From the NCBI GenBank assembly GCA_965223905.1, contig CBDCXV010000009.1, forward strand, positions 704,001 to 768,000: a DNA stretch of 64,000 bases, given 5' to 3'. The position numbers and the translations under genes were made by a program. The DNA is from Candidatus Latescibacterota bacterium. Its GTDB lineage: Bacteria > Latescibacterota > UBA2968 > UBA8231. The notes under the pieces were generated by a model. The model worked only from the letters and a program-made list of their open reading frames with translations. It was not told where the DNA came from and made no database searches. How positions within the stretch are numbered: the stretch's first letter is position 1; each line of letters begins with the position of its first letter. Positions 29,347 through 39,433 of the stretch are shown piece after piece.

Positions 29347-32300
29347 ATGCATCTCACGGACAAATGGCTCTTCAGGTCCCGGGACTGGAACGACGATTGC
29401 CGGCGGCTGGCGGCGCAGGTCTCCCGGCTGGGGATCTGTCTCCTGGGCGCCGGGATGGTTGGATGGGCAGAGCCGGCGGCGGCGCAGGATGGCGGGGCCG
29501 TCGAGCTGTGCCGGAACGGCGTCGTCGTGCCTGAGCCGCAGGACTATCCAGGCCTCGTGGCTGATTGTGCAGCGCTGCTGGGCGCGTTGAACCAGTGGGA
29601 AGATTCCGGTTTGAACTGGAGCGCGGAAAGACCGATCCGTCGATGGGAGGGTGTCTTTTTGTCGCAAGACCCCCTCCCTAGTTATTTGCGTTCCACCTCA
29701 AGCGAATTGCGGGTCACCTTGCTGCGCCTGAATTCCAACTACTTGGAGGTGCTCCCCCCTGAAATAGGCCAACTGGCAAAGCTTGAGTATCTGGATTTTT
29801 CCCGGAATGAACTCAAGACCATTCCACCTGAAATAGGTCAACTTATCCAACTGAAGAGCTTGGACCTGCGTTCCAACAACTTGGAGATGCTCCCTCCTGA
29901 AATAGGTCAACTCATCCAACTGAAGGAATTGAAACTGCATCTCAACAACTTGGAGGAGCTCCCCCCTGAAATAGGTCAACTGTCAAAGCTTGAGTATCTG
30001 ACACTCTGGGCGAATGAACTCAAGACGATCCCACCTGAAATAGGTCAACTCACGCAACTGGAGACCCTGGTCCTGTCTGCCAACTACTTGGAGGAGCTCC
30101 CCCCTGAAATAGGCCAACTGGCAAAGCTTGAGTATCTGTCACTCTCGGGGAATGAATTCGAGACGATCCCTTCCGAGTTAAGCCAACTTGGAAACTTGAG
30201 GACACTCTATATCGGCTTTTGTCGACTGAGGGGAGCGATCTTGCCTGATTTGGGCAATCTCGACCAGTTGGAGTGGCTTTTCTTGGCGGGCAACTTTTTG
30301 TCGGGGGCGATTCCCCCTGAGTTGGGTCAATTGGCCTTGTTAGAGATCTTGGACCTCTCCGAAAACGATCTGACGGGAGAGATTCCACATGACTTGGGTC
30401 GCATGGCTGCCTTGGAAAGGTTGGACCTCTCCCGCAATGCCTTGAGTGGACCGATTCCGCCCGAGTTGGGTCAATTGGCCACGTTAGAGATCTTGAATCT
30501 CTCCGAAAACCATCTGACGGGGCAGATTCCGCCTGACTTGGGTCGCATGGCTGACTTGAGGGGTTTGGAACTCTCCGGCAATGACTTGAGTGGACCGATT
30601 CCGCTCGAGTTGGGTCAATTGGGGTGGCTCCGGATTCTGGACCTTTCCCACAACCGATTGAGCGGGCCCTTTCCGCCTGAGTTGGCTCAATTGGCTCGGC
30701 TCGACAGTCTGGACCTTTCCCACAACCGGTTGAGCGGGTCCCTTGGCCCCGGACTGGTCAAGCTGTTTCGTCAGAATCCGGTTGTTGTGGACTTCACCGG
30801 CAACGGAATGATCTGCGTGGCGGAGTCGCCATTTGCCTTTGGCGACGTACCCCCCTGTGACCCCCCGCCCCCGCCGGAGGGAAGGATATACTGGACGGAC
30901 CTGGGCTCGGGGGACATCCGGCGGGCCGACCTGGATGGGGGCTCCAATATCCAGATCGTGATCGATGGAGGCGGGAGCCCGGAAGGGATCGCCCTGGACC
31001 CCGCCGCAGGCAAGATGTATTGGACGAAATGGAACGGAGCCGTCGGCAAGATCCAACGGAGTGATTTGGACGGCTCGAATCCCGAAACCATCGTCGTTAC
31101 GGGGCGATGGCATCCAAGGGGGATTGCCCTGGATCTCGATGCAGACAAGGTCTACTACACGGTCTCCAGTCGCTACTTGGCCCGTGAAGCCGGAGTGGTG
31201 GTCGATGTGTACTTGTCCGGCGGGGTCAGGCGCGCGAACCTGGACGGCTCCTCGCCGGAGGACCTCGTGTGGGAGGAATGGCTTGAAGGCCTGGAGGTGG
31301 ACATCGCCCTGAACGTCAGCGCAGGAACCATGTTCTGGACGGACGGGGAATCCATCAGGCGAGCCAACCTGGACGGCACCGGCAACAGCCCATGCCTGCG
31401 CATAAACAGCGTTGACGGCATTAACACCGTTGACATCGTCCTGGACGTACCCGGAGGCAGGATCTACTGGTCGGACAGCCAGGGCATCCACCGGGCGGAC
31501 CTGGACTGCTCGAAAAGAGAGACTCTCGTCACCTTTGACGGGCAACCAGTGCCGAGGAGTCTCGCTCTGGACCTGAAGGGCGGCAGGATGTACTGGACGG
31601 ACGCCCAAGTGATCTACCGGGCGGACTTGGACGGCTCCCATGCCGCCCCCTTGTTCACCGGGGCAGAATATCCCGGAGGAATCGCCTTCGACCCGGTCGG
31701 CGACAGGATGTACTGGACGGAACCGGGAACGGAGAGAATCCGGCGGGTCGATCGGGATGGAACCCATGCCGAGACCCTGATCGCAGAGGTAAGAAGGGCT
31801 CCTGTCAGCCTCGCCCTGGACCTGGCCGGAAACAGGATGTACTGGACGGACCGGGGAACGAACAGGATCCACCGGGCGGATCTCGATGGCGATAATATCG
31901 AGGATCTCGCCGGTGGATTGACAGCCCCTGGGGGGATTGCCCTGGACGCGCCCGGGGGAAAGATGTACTGGACGAACCGGGACACGAGTGTGATTCACCG
32001 GGCGGACCTGGACGGGGGCAACGTGGAAAACCTCGCCATCCCAACCGATCCGGATGGAATGGCAGGGATCGCCCTGGACTTGGCGGCCGGCAGGATGTAC
32101 TGGATGGATTGGCGTTTCGAAAATTGGGAGGATATGACGTACAGCATCGGACGAGCCGGGCTGGCCGGTACAAGTGCTGAAGTCCTTTTGCACTACAGCT
32201 TTTACACCGATGGCTTTTTCCCGGGGCGCGGCGTGGGCGGTATAGCCCTGGACCTTGTTGGTGGCAAGATGTACTCGGTAATCCGGCGCTGGGTCTATCG

Positions 32301-32862
32301 GGGCAATCACGAGAATCCGGAATTCCCCGGCAGCCTCCACCGCTCCAACTTGGACGGCAGCGACCTGGAGTCCCTCGGCATCCCCGTGGGGTCGGATGCC
32401 ATCGCCGTGGATGGGGTCGAAGGCAGGCTGTACTGGTCGCAGGGGGGTTCAATCCACTTGTCCGACCTGCAGGGCAACGAGGCAACCCTCATCACGGGAT
32501 TGGGCGGGGTAGGGAGCATCGCCCTGGCGGTTTCCCGACCCGAGACCTCAGTCTCGACCTTTCTTCCCGAATCCGGCCTTCCCGCCCTCAGCGCCCTGGC
32601 GCCCAACTATCCCAATCCCTTCAACGCCGGCACCCGGCTCGTCTACCGCCTGGCCGACGCCGGACCGGTGCGGCTGGAGGTCTACAACGTCCTGGGCCAG
32701 CGGGTGCGGACGCTGGTGGACGAGACCCAGAAGGCCGGCTCCTACCGGGTCCACTGGGACGCGCGCGATCAGGGGGGCACGCCGGCCGCGGCCGGCGTCT
32801 ATGTGACCCGCCTGCAGTACCCGGGCGGGGAGCAGACGCGGCGGCTGCTTCTGCTCAAGTAG
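29347..32862 (+). CDS. Secreted leucine-rich-repeat + YWTD (LDL-receptor class B) beta-propeller protein with a C-terminal FlgD-Ig/T9SS-type-A-like domain
   Basis: Hydrophobic signal ending AAAQ; about 15 LRRs; about 12 YWTD-like repeats (KMYWTD, RIYWSD...RADLDG); NYPNPFN...YNVLGQRVRTL...WDARD tail. Confidence 0.88.
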   Translation: MHLTDKWLFRSRDWNDDCRRLAAQVSRLGICLLGAGMVGWAEPAAAQDGGAVELCRNGVVVPEPQDYPGLVADCAALLGALNQWEDSGLNWSAERPIRRWEGVFLSQDPLPSYLRSTSSELRVTLLRLNSNYLEVLPPEIGQLAKLEYLDFSRNELKTIPPEIGQLIQLKSLDLRSNNLEMLPPEIGQLIQLKELKLHLNNLEELPPEIGQLSKLEYLTLWANELKTIPPEIGQLTQLETLVLSANYLEELPPEIGQLAKLEYLSLSGNEFETIPSELSQLGNLRTLYIGFCRLRGAILPDLGNLDQLEWLFLAGNFLSGAIPPELGQLALLEILDLSENDLTGEIPHDLGRMAALERLDLSRNALSGPIPPELGQLATLEILNLSENHLTGQIPPDLGRMADLRGLELSGNDLSGPIPLELGQLGWLRILDLSHNRLSGPFPPELAQLARLDSLDLSHNRLSGSLGPGLVKLFRQNPVVVDFTGNGMICVAESPFAFGDVPPCDPPPPPEGRIYWTDLGSGDIRRADLDGGSNIQIVIDGGGSPEGIALDPAAGKMYWTKWNGAVGKIQRSDLDGSNPETIVVTGRWHPRGIALDLDADKVYYTVSSRYLAREAGVVVDVYLSGGVRRANLDGSSPEDLVWEEWLEGLEVDIALNVSAGTMFWTDGESIRRANLDGTGNSPCLRINSVDGINTVDIVLDVPGGRIYWSDSQGIHRADLDCSKRETLVTFDGQPVPRSLALDLKGGRMYWTDAQVIYRADLDGSHAAPLFTGAEYPGGIAFDPVGDRMYWTEPGTERIRRVDRDGTHAETLIAEVRRAPVSLALDLAGNRMYWTDRGTNRIHRADLDGDNIEDLAGGLTAPGGIALDAPGGKMYWTNRDTSVIHRADLDGGNVENLAIPTDPDGMAGIALDLAAGRMYWMDWRFENWEDMTYSIGRAGLAGTSAEVLLHYSFYTDGFFPGRGVGGIALDLVGGKMYSVIRRWVYRGNHENPEFPGSLHRSNLDGSDLESLGIPVGSDAIAVDGVEGRLYWSQGGSIHLSDLQGNEATLITGLGGVGSIALAVSRPETSVSTFLPESGLPALSALAPNYPNPFNAGTRLVYRLADAGPVRLEVYNVLGQRVRTLVDETQKAGSYRVHWDARDQGGTPAAAGVYVTRLQYPGGEQTRRLLLLK
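29716..30760 (+). repeat. Coding tandem repeats: 69-bp LRR units followed by 72-bp LRR units with a 144-bp super-period
   Basis: CCTGAAATAGG(T/C)CAACT recurs every 69 nt; GAGTTGGGTCAATTGGCC at 30319 and 30463; GC lower than flanks. Confidence 0.85.
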
Positions 32863-32905
32863 CCTTGACGAAGGTTGCCACCTGGAGGGGGTCAGGCCCT
32901 GCTTC

Positions 32906-34171
32906 TCAGAAGTAGAGCTTGGTCTCGAGGTAGTAGAAGTCGGGATAGGTTCCGAACTCGCTGCGGAACCTGAGGTCTTCCGCAGTGCCCCCAACCGGCC
33001 GCCGGCCGCGCGCGATCACCGCCCCCGTGACCACCTCGACTTCGTCCGCGGCCGCCCAGACGAGGCCGGGCTGCGCCAACCATGAGCCGTCCCCGATTCC
33101 CCACAACAGGGCGAGGGAGCCGCTGACCAGGGGGTGAATCCGGCCGCTGGCGAGCCCGCCGAGAAGGTGGCGGCTCACGTGCCGGAGACGGCCTTCGGCG
33201 ACCAGGACGAACCGTTCCTTCAGGTCGCCGCGCGCGGCCCCGTTGTAGAAGTACTCCGCCTGAAGCTGCAGGTCGCGGACGGCGAAACCTCGGCCGACGC
33301 CGGCGACCGCGGCGAGGTGGTCGCCAACCGCTGAACCGCCCGAAGCCCCGGCCCCGGTCCCGTCCTGCGCGGCGAACCAGGCCGCTTCCCCGCGCAGCTG
33401 CAGGTCCCCCAGTTCACCCGTCACGGCTCCTCCGAGCTGATACCCCCCGAGAATCTTTCCTCCCTGCGCGGCGAGGTCCCAGCCGCGGGCGTTTCCATAG
33501 GCGCGCGCCACCAGGGCGCTGCGGTACCAGGCGTCCTCCCCCCCAGGCTGGGCTCCGGACTGCGCCCGCCCCGGCACCGCGACCAGGGTGGCGCCCGAGA
33601 AGTCGCCGAGGGGGAGATCGACGCGCAGGGCGTCGACGCCGGGCTTGTAGTCGCGGTCGAACTGGGTGGAGCCGAACGGCAGGAAGATATCGAGGGGGTT
33701 CCAGAACCAGGCCTTGCCGAAGGTGATCGCCTGACGCCCGGCGGTGATGTCGGCGCGCTCCAGGGCGATCCTGAGATGGGCGCGGTCGACGTGCGCCGAG
33801 GCCCTGACGTCGCCGGCGTCCCCCCACTCCCAGCGCGCGCCGGCAAGTCGGTAGGGATCCTCGGCGCCGCCGGCCCCCAGCAGGTTCACCGCGTCGCCGG
33901 CGGCGCTCGCTAAGGTGGTCAGCGCCAGGTTCTGAACGACGTGCGCCTCCCAGCGCAGGCGCGGGCCCGGGCGGCCTGAGGCGATGAAGCGCAGGGAAAG
34001 GTCGGTGCGGCCGTCGGCGCCGTTGTTTCGGCCCCAGAGCAGCTCCTGGTCGTAGTTGCGCGCCGCCACGCTGGTGGTCCGCAGGTTGGCGTCGATGTCC
34101 GCCGCGGCGATGCTGGCCGCCGCCAGCCCCGAGAGCGCAGCGCCGAGGCAGGCGGCGGAAACCGGCCTCAT
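32906..34171 (-). CDS. Putative outer-membrane beta-barrel protein associated with the Lol-like ABC operon
   Basis: Signal peptide; GRQAITFGKAWFWNPLD; alternating beta strands; C-terminal LKLYF-type end (ETKLYF); ATGA overlap with the ATPase gene. Confidence 0.72.
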   Translation of the reverse strand: MRPVSAACLGAALSGLAAASIAAADIDANLRTTSVAARNYDQELLWGRNNGADGRTDLSLRFIASGRPGPRLRWEAHVVQNLALTTLASAAGDAVNLLGAGGAEDPYRLAGARWEWGDAGDVRASAHVDRAHLRIALERADITAGRQAITFGKAWFWNPLDIFLPFGSTQFDRDYKPGVDALRVDLPLGDFSGATLVAVPGRAQSGAQPGGEDAWYRSALVARAYGNARGWDLAAQGGKILGGYQLGGAVTGELGDLQLRGEAAWFAAQDGTGAGASGGSAVGDHLAAVAGVGRGFAVRDLQLQAEYFYNGAARGDLKERFVLVAEGRLRHVSRHLLGGLASGRIHPLVSGSLALLWGIGDGSWLAQPGLVWAAADEVEVVTGAVIARGRRPVGGTAEDLRFRSEFGTYPDFYYLETKLYF

Positions 34172-34875
34172 TCGGCGGGGCGGCTCCCCGGCGCCGTATC
34201 GCCGGTGATGCGGCCGTCCGTGAGGGTCAGCAGGCGCCGGGCGCGCTCGAGGACGTGACTGTCGTGGGAGGAGAACAGGAAGGTCGTGCCCCGCTCTTCG
34301 TTCAGCTGCGCCATCAGGTCCATCAGCGACGAGGCGGTCGTCTGGTCGACGTTGGCGGTCGGCTCGTCGGCCAGCACCAGCGCCGGTTCCGAGGCGATGG
34401 CCCGGGCGATGGCGACGCGCTGCTGCTGCCCGCCGGAGAGCTCGCGTGGAAAGCGGTGCTCCATGCCGGCGAGACCGACCTGCGCCAGCAGCTCCATCAC
34501 CCTCTCGCGCCGCTCCCGCAGCCGCACCCCCTGCAGCATGAGGATGTACTCGGCGTTCTCGAAGGCGGTGAGAACGGGGAGGAGGTTGTAGGCCTGGAAG
34601 ACGAAGCCGATGCGCCGCAGGCGCAGCTCGCTGAGCCGGCTCCCCGCAGCGGAGGTGATCTCCTCGCCGGCGACGAACACCCTGCCCTCGGTGGTTCGGT
34701 CGAGGCCGCTGGCGACGTTGAGCAGGGTGCTCTTGCCGGAGCCGGAGGGCCCGGCGACGGCGGTGAACTCCCCGGGATGGATCTCGAGGTCGATCCCGGC
34801 GAGGGCGCGGGTCGCGACCTCCCCTTCGCCGTACTCCTTGACGACCCCCTCGAGGCGGACGATGGCGGCGTTCAT
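34168..34875 (-). CDS. ABC transporter ATP-binding protein (LolD/MacB-like)
   Basis: GPSGSGKST, LSGGQQQRVAIARA and LADEPTAN. Confidence 0.95.
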   Translation of the reverse strand: MNAAIVRLEGVVKEYGEGEVATRALAGIDLEIHPGEFTAVAGPSGSGKSTLLNVASGLDRTTEGRVFVAGEEITSAAGSRLSELRLRRIGFVFQAYNLLPVLTAFENAEYILMLQGVRLRERRERVMELLAQVGLAGMEHRFPRELSGGQQQRVAIARAIASEPALVLADEPTANVDQTTASSLMDLMAQLNEERGTTFLFSSHDSHVLERARRLLTLTDGRITGDTAPGSRPAE

Positions 34876-34878
34876 CGC

Positions 34879-36120
34879 TCAGGCCCGCAGCACGTCGGCG
34901 ACGGCGATGCGCGAGATCTGCCGTCCCGGAATCAGGCTGAGAAATACAGTGGCGGCGAAGACCAGCAGCCACATCGAGACGAGGAGCTCGACGGTGACGT
35001 CGGCGTGGACCATGGTGTCGAGGGCGAATCCCGAGACGTCGATGTCATCGCCGTAGAAGCGCGAGATGTCGAGGCCTTCGGCCTGCATCCAGTAGCCGAG
35101 GCCCCCGCCGAGCAGGATCCCGAGGCTGCTGCCGAGAGCGCCGAGCAGGGCGGACTCGATCACCACCTGCAGGCGCAGCAGGGAGGCCGACACCCCGAGG
35201 GCGAGCTGCATCGCCAGCTCGCGGGTGCGCTCCAGCACCGACATCAGGATGGTGTTGAAGATCGTGAACAGGCTGAGGAAGACGACGATCCCCTGGAAGA
35301 TCAGGTTGCTGCCGCGGTCGACGCGGACGTAGCTGGCGAGCTCGGGCATCACTTCTTCCCAGGTGCGCAGGGCAACCCCGCGGGGAACGAGCTCCCGCGC
35401 CGCGGCCATGACCGCAGGCCGCCGGCCGGGATCGGCGAGCAGGACGCCGACCTGGGTGGCGTCGTCGTCGCCGAGGCCGTAGAGCCGGCGCGCGAACTCC
35501 AGCGGGATCTGCACCAGGTAGGCGTCCACTTCGTCGGAGCCGACCTCGAAGGTCCCCTTGACCCTGAAGAGCTCCTCGACGATCTCGCCGGAAGCGTCGT
35601 TCGTGGCGATGACGAGCTTCCTGCCGGTCCGGACCTCGAGCCGCTTCGCCAGCCCGGAGCCGACGACGATCTTGCGCCCGTCCCCCTCTTCGAGGTAGGA
35701 CCCGGCGACCATCCTGCCGGCGATCGGGGACGCCCCTGCCTCGATTGACGGCTCCACCCCCATTACGGACACACCTACCGCGCCGCTGCCCGACTTGGCG
35801 ACCCCCTGGCCGAGGATGAGGGCCTTGGTGCCCAGGACGCCGTCGAGCCCCTCGAGCTGGTCGCGCAGGCCGGAGACGCCGCCGACGAAGAGATCGACCG
35901 CGGGGGCCTCGCGGTAGTGCGGGTGCTCGAGGGTGAAGTGACCGCCCTGCATGCGCGTGGCGTCGTCGATCAGCTGGTTGTAGACGCCGTCGGCGAAGGC
36001 GATGAAGAAGACCGCCAGGGCGAGGCCGAAGGCGATGGCGCTGAGCGTGATCCAGGTGCGCCGCCGGTTGCGCCAGATGCTGCGCCAGGAAATCCTGAAG
36101 ATCACTGCGAGCTTGTCCAT
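34879..36120 (-). CDS. ABC transporter permease (FtsX/LolE-like)
   Basis: WRNRRRTWIT; large periplasmic domain; NTILMSVLERTRE. Confidence 0.9.
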   Translation of the reverse strand: MDKLAVIFRISWRSIWRNRRRTWITLSAIAFGLALAVFFIAFADGVYNQLIDDATRMQGGHFTLEHPHYREAPAVDLFVGGVSGLRDQLEGLDGVLGTKALILGQGVAKSGSGAVGVSVMGVEPSIEAGASPIAGRMVAGSYLEEGDGRKIVVGSGLAKRLEVRTGRKLVIATNDASGEIVEELFRVKGTFEVGSDEVDAYLVQIPLEFARRLYGLGDDDATQVGVLLADPGRRPAVMAAARELVPRGVALRTWEEVMPELASYVRVDRGSNLIFQGIVVFLSLFTIFNTILMSVLERTRELAMQLALGVSASLLRLQVVIESALLGALGSSLGILLGGGLGYWMQAEGLDISRFYGDDIDVSGFALDTMVHADVTVELLVSMWLLVFAATVFLSLIPGRQISRIAVADVLRA

Positions 36121-36192
36121 GTCAGATGGTACTGATTACCCGTTGCCGCCGATACGTCGCTGAAGGTGCGTCGTTCCGTTGCGCCGCTGCCC

Positions 36193-37428
36193 TCACTGAT
36201 GGGTCATCGCCGCCACCGGGTCGAGGCGCGCCGCCTTGAGCGCGGGAAACAGCGCCGCCGCGACGCAGACCGCCGACATCGAGACGACCGCAGTCGCCAC
36301 CCTCCCCGGATGCAGGGAGAACTGGTAGACCGCGGCGATCGGCATCCCCGACATGGTCAGCGATTCCCCCTGCCAGCGCGTCAGGTCGAGGCCGCCCGAG
36401 GCCTCGAAATAGAGGCTGACCCCGCTGCCGAGAACCGCCCCGATCAAGGAGGCGAACCCCGACAGCACCAGCGCCTCGACGAGGACGTCGCCGACGATGC
36501 GATGCGGCCGGGTGCCGAGGGCCTTGAGCATGCCGAACTCACGCACCCGGTCGTGGGTGGCCATGAACATCGTGTTGAGAACCCCCAAACCGGCGGCCAG
36601 CAGGAAGATGACGGAGAAGATCCCCATCGAGGCGCCGGAGACATTGAGCATGTCGGACAAGGTGGGCAGCAGCTCGCGCCAGGTTTCGGCCACCAGGGCC
36701 TGCCCCTCCTCTTCCCGGCCGGCGTACAGGGCCGCCACCTCCTCGGCGGCGGCGCCGTTGCCGAGCAGGGCGACCTCGTGGACGCGTCCGTCGGCGACGA
36801 AAAGGCGGTCGAAGTCGTCCCTGTGCATGAGGATGCCGCCGCGGTCGATCTCCTCGCCGACGCTTTGCAGGATGCCGGCGACCTGGAAGAGATCGTTGCC
36901 GAGGGAGCCGTCCGCGGCCTGCACCACGGCGACGATCTCCGAGCCGACGTCCGCCTGCAGACTGCGGGCGAGCCGGCGCCCGATCACCACCTCGGACTGC
37001 GCCGGCGCCGACAGGAAGCGGCCCCGCTGGAGCTTGCCGGCCATCTCGAAGGTGCTGCTCTCCGCGGCCGGATCGATGCCCCAGTAGCTGGCGCCCGCGG
37101 ACTTGGCGCCGCACGAGACCAGGCCGAAGCCGAAGCTGCGGGCCGCGGCCCCGAAGCCGGCGGCGGCCGCCCTGTCGAGCAGGGCCTGCGGCTCGGAGAG
37201 GCTCTTGTATATCGAGCGGTCGGCGCGGTACCCCGGTGCGTGCAGCTGCACGTCGCCGACGTAGGTGTGCCGCGAGCTGTGCACCAGCTGCGCGATCATG
37301 CCGTCCATCATCGCGTAGGTGAAGATGAGCACGGCCGTGTTCAGGGCGACGGCGGCCACCGTCACCGCGGTCCGCCGCGGCTTGCGCATGATGTTGCGCC
37401 AGGCAATGGCCAGGGTTGCGTCAGGCAA
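36193..37428 (-). CDS. ABC transporter permease (FtsX/LolE-like)
   Basis: AWRNIMRKPRRT; NTMFMATHDRVREFGMLKALG; PALKAARLDPV. Confidence 0.9.
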   Translation of the reverse strand: MPDATLAIAWRNIMRKPRRTAVTVAAVALNTAVLIFTYAMMDGMIAQLVHSSRHTYVGDVQLHAPGYRADRSIYKSLSEPQALLDRAAAAGFGAAARSFGFGLVSCGAKSAGASYWGIDPAAESSTFEMAGKLQRGRFLSAPAQSEVVIGRRLARSLQADVGSEIVAVVQAADGSLGNDLFQVAGILQSVGEEIDRGGILMHRDDFDRLFVADGRVHEVALLGNGAAAEEVAALYAGREEEGQALVAETWRELLPTLSDMLNVSGASMGIFSVIFLLAAGLGVLNTMFMATHDRVREFGMLKALGTRPHRIVGDVLVEALVLSGFASLIGAVLGSGVSLYFEASGGLDLTRWQGESLTMSGMPIAAVYQFSLHPGRVATAVVSMSAVCVAAALFPALKAARLDPVAAMTHQ

Positions 37429-37602
37429 TTATTTCGGATTCTCCTCTCGGCAGAAATCCCCACAGCGTCCGGACCAAACCTGTCAGGCTTTGGGGAGCGA
37501 GAAAGCCACGGGATTTTACGTTGAATCCGGTGTCGATCAGTGGTTTTCCAAAAGGTTGAAAAACATCCGATGCTCCCATGGCCAGGGATCGCATTTATAC
37601 GC

Positions 37603-38340
37603 TTACTCGCGCAGGCTGCGCAGGGAGAAGAGGTCCTCGGCGAGGGGAAGGTCGAACTCGATCTCCTCGTAGCGGACCTCGGTGTGCTCGTCCGGCTCGT
37701 CCGCGGGGGCGATGCGCATGCGTAGCGGAATCAGCCGATCCCCTACCTCGCGGTAGTCGCCGAAGCTCATTGTCCGGGCCGGCTCCATGTCCTCGTCGAA
37801 GTACTCGACCGCCACCGGCATCCCGTCGGCGCTGCGCATCCGGACCACCACCTTGCCCCAGACCACCGCCGCATCCGGTTTGGGGATGCAGACCACGGCG
37901 ATCTCCCCGGAACCGGCCTCGCCGTACTCGAAGTTGTAATCGTCGGCCATGCGGCTCTCCTTGACGAGGTCGTCGTTGGTGAAGTGGCTGCCCATCCAGG
38001 AGCCGCCCATCATCGACGACGGGACCTTGATGACGCGGTTGACCTTGGGCAGGTAGTTCCACATCTGCCGGCCGGACTTCAGGGTGGTCGTCCCCTTCTC
38101 CTTGCGCGGCGACAGGATGCGGAACAGCGACTTCTCCCTGCCCTGGCTCCAGGCCTCGAGCTTCAGCTCCCGGGTCCAGTGTTCGGTGACCACCGTCATC
38201 GCCATGACCGCGCGCGAGGAGTCGCCGCGGTAGAGGTCGTCGAAGCGGTCGAGAACCTCCCGGGGGCTCAATTCGCCGGAAGCGCCGACGGCGACGGGAA
38301 GGGCGAGCAGGAGCAGCAGCGCTGCCGGGATGGTTTTCAT
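37603..38340 (-). CDS. Outer-membrane lipoprotein-sorting protein (LolA-like)
   Basis: Signal peptide; MWNYLPKVNRVIKVPSSMMGGSWMGSHFTNDDL family motif. Confidence 0.85.
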   Translation of the reverse strand: MKTIPAALLLLLALPVAVGASGELSPREVLDRFDDLYRGDSSRAVMAMTVVTEHWTRELKLEAWSQGREKSLFRILSPRKEKGTTTLKSGRQMWNYLPKVNRVIKVPSSMMGGSWMGSHFTNDDLVKESRMADDYNFEYGEAGSGEIAVVCIPKPDAAVVWGKVVVRMRSADGMPVAVEYFDEDMEPARTMSFGDYREVGDRLIPLRMRIAPADEPDEHTEVRYEEIEFDLPLAEDLFSLRSLRE

Positions 38341-38533
38341 GGCAGGTGGCCGGGTGTGGGAAGCCATTTCCGGATCTCAATATAGGAGGAGAGCAGGAGC
38401 GCAACCCGGCTTCGGGGCGGCATGCCCACAGCCACGTGTATCTTACCAGTTGCAGGCCGGGCCGGTAGCCAGGTGCGCCAGATGCTCCCCATCAACAAAG
38501 CGACAAAGCCGCAGCCCACGCTTGCAGACGAGG

Positions 38534-39388
38534 ATGCAGGACATGGAAACTGGCCCAGGGCCGTCGAGAAGGCCGATCTGGGAAATCGAGGTACTCCGGG
38601 ACCGCCCGACCTTCGTAGCCGCGGCCTTGGGTGGGGACGGTGCCGCAAGGGCTTTCGCGCGCAACGAGCGGGGCCGGGACTTCGTCGTCGGCGATATCCA
38701 CGGGATGTTCTCCGCCCTCGAAAACTTCCTCGAGGAGCTGTCCTTCGACCCCGGCAGGGACCGGCTGTTTTCGGTGGGGGACCTGATCGACCGCGGCCCG
38801 GAATCCGACGCGGTTCTCCAGTGGCTGACCGGGCGCAGCTGGTTCCACGCCATCCGCGGCAACCACGACCAGTTCCTTCTCGACGCGGCCGCGGATCCCG
38901 CGGGGGAACGGGGCGAGGAGCATGACCTGTGGGTGAACTACAACGGCGGCGGGTGGTGGACCTCGGTCCCGGCCTCCGGGCGGCCTGCCTACGTGCAGGC
39001 GTTCTCTTCCCTGCCGTTTGCCGCGGAGGTGGATTGCGAGATTGGGCCTGTCGGGATCGTCCATGCCGATGTTCCGGAGGACCGCACCTGGGTGGAGTTT
39101 CTCTCCGCGCTCCGGGACGGAAGCCGCGAGGACAGCTATTGCGCGATATGGTCCCGGCGTCGCATGGAGCGCTTCGTCTACAGCGGCTCCGCCGAAAAGG
39201 CTCCTGCGGTAGAAGGGCGCGTGGCGTGCGTCATCTGCGGGCACGCCCGTGGACAGCGGGTAGTCAGGATCGCAAATCTGTGGATGATCGATACCGGGGC
39301 GGCCTACACCTGGGCGATGCCGAGCTCTCGCTTCACCATCGCCCGGATTCACCCCGGGCCGATACGGCTATTCGAGTATCCGACGTAG
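38534..39388 (+). CDS. Metallophosphoesterase, PphA/lambda-phosphatase-like Ser/Thr phosphatase
   Basis: GDIHG, GDLIDRGP, RGNHD, VHAD, CGH and IDTGA; start uncertain (38534 or 38543). Confidence 0.85.
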   Translation: MQDMETGPGPSRRPIWEIEVLRDRPTFVAAALGGDGAARAFARNERGRDFVVGDIHGMFSALENFLEELSFDPGRDRLFSVGDLIDRGPESDAVLQWLTGRSWFHAIRGNHDQFLLDAAADPAGERGEEHDLWVNYNGGGWWTSVPASGRPAYVQAFSSLPFAAEVDCEIGPVGIVHADVPEDRTWVEFLSALRDGSREDSYCAIWSRRRMERFVYSGSAEKAPAVEGRVACVICGHARGQRVVRIANLWMIDTGAAYTWAMPSSRFTIARIHPGPIRLFEYPT

Positions 39389-39433
39389 TCGTTTCGGCGC
39401 ACCATTCGCCGTGGAACGCGCCCAAACACGAGG

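Noticed and set aside
28911-29363. Short ORFs upstream of the LRR gene
   Set aside because: No RBS, motif or host-like codon bias
29716-32530. CRISPR array or DGR template/variable repeats
   Set aside because: Repeats are in-frame coding LRR/YWTD units without unique spacers; no cas or reverse transcriptase gene in the window
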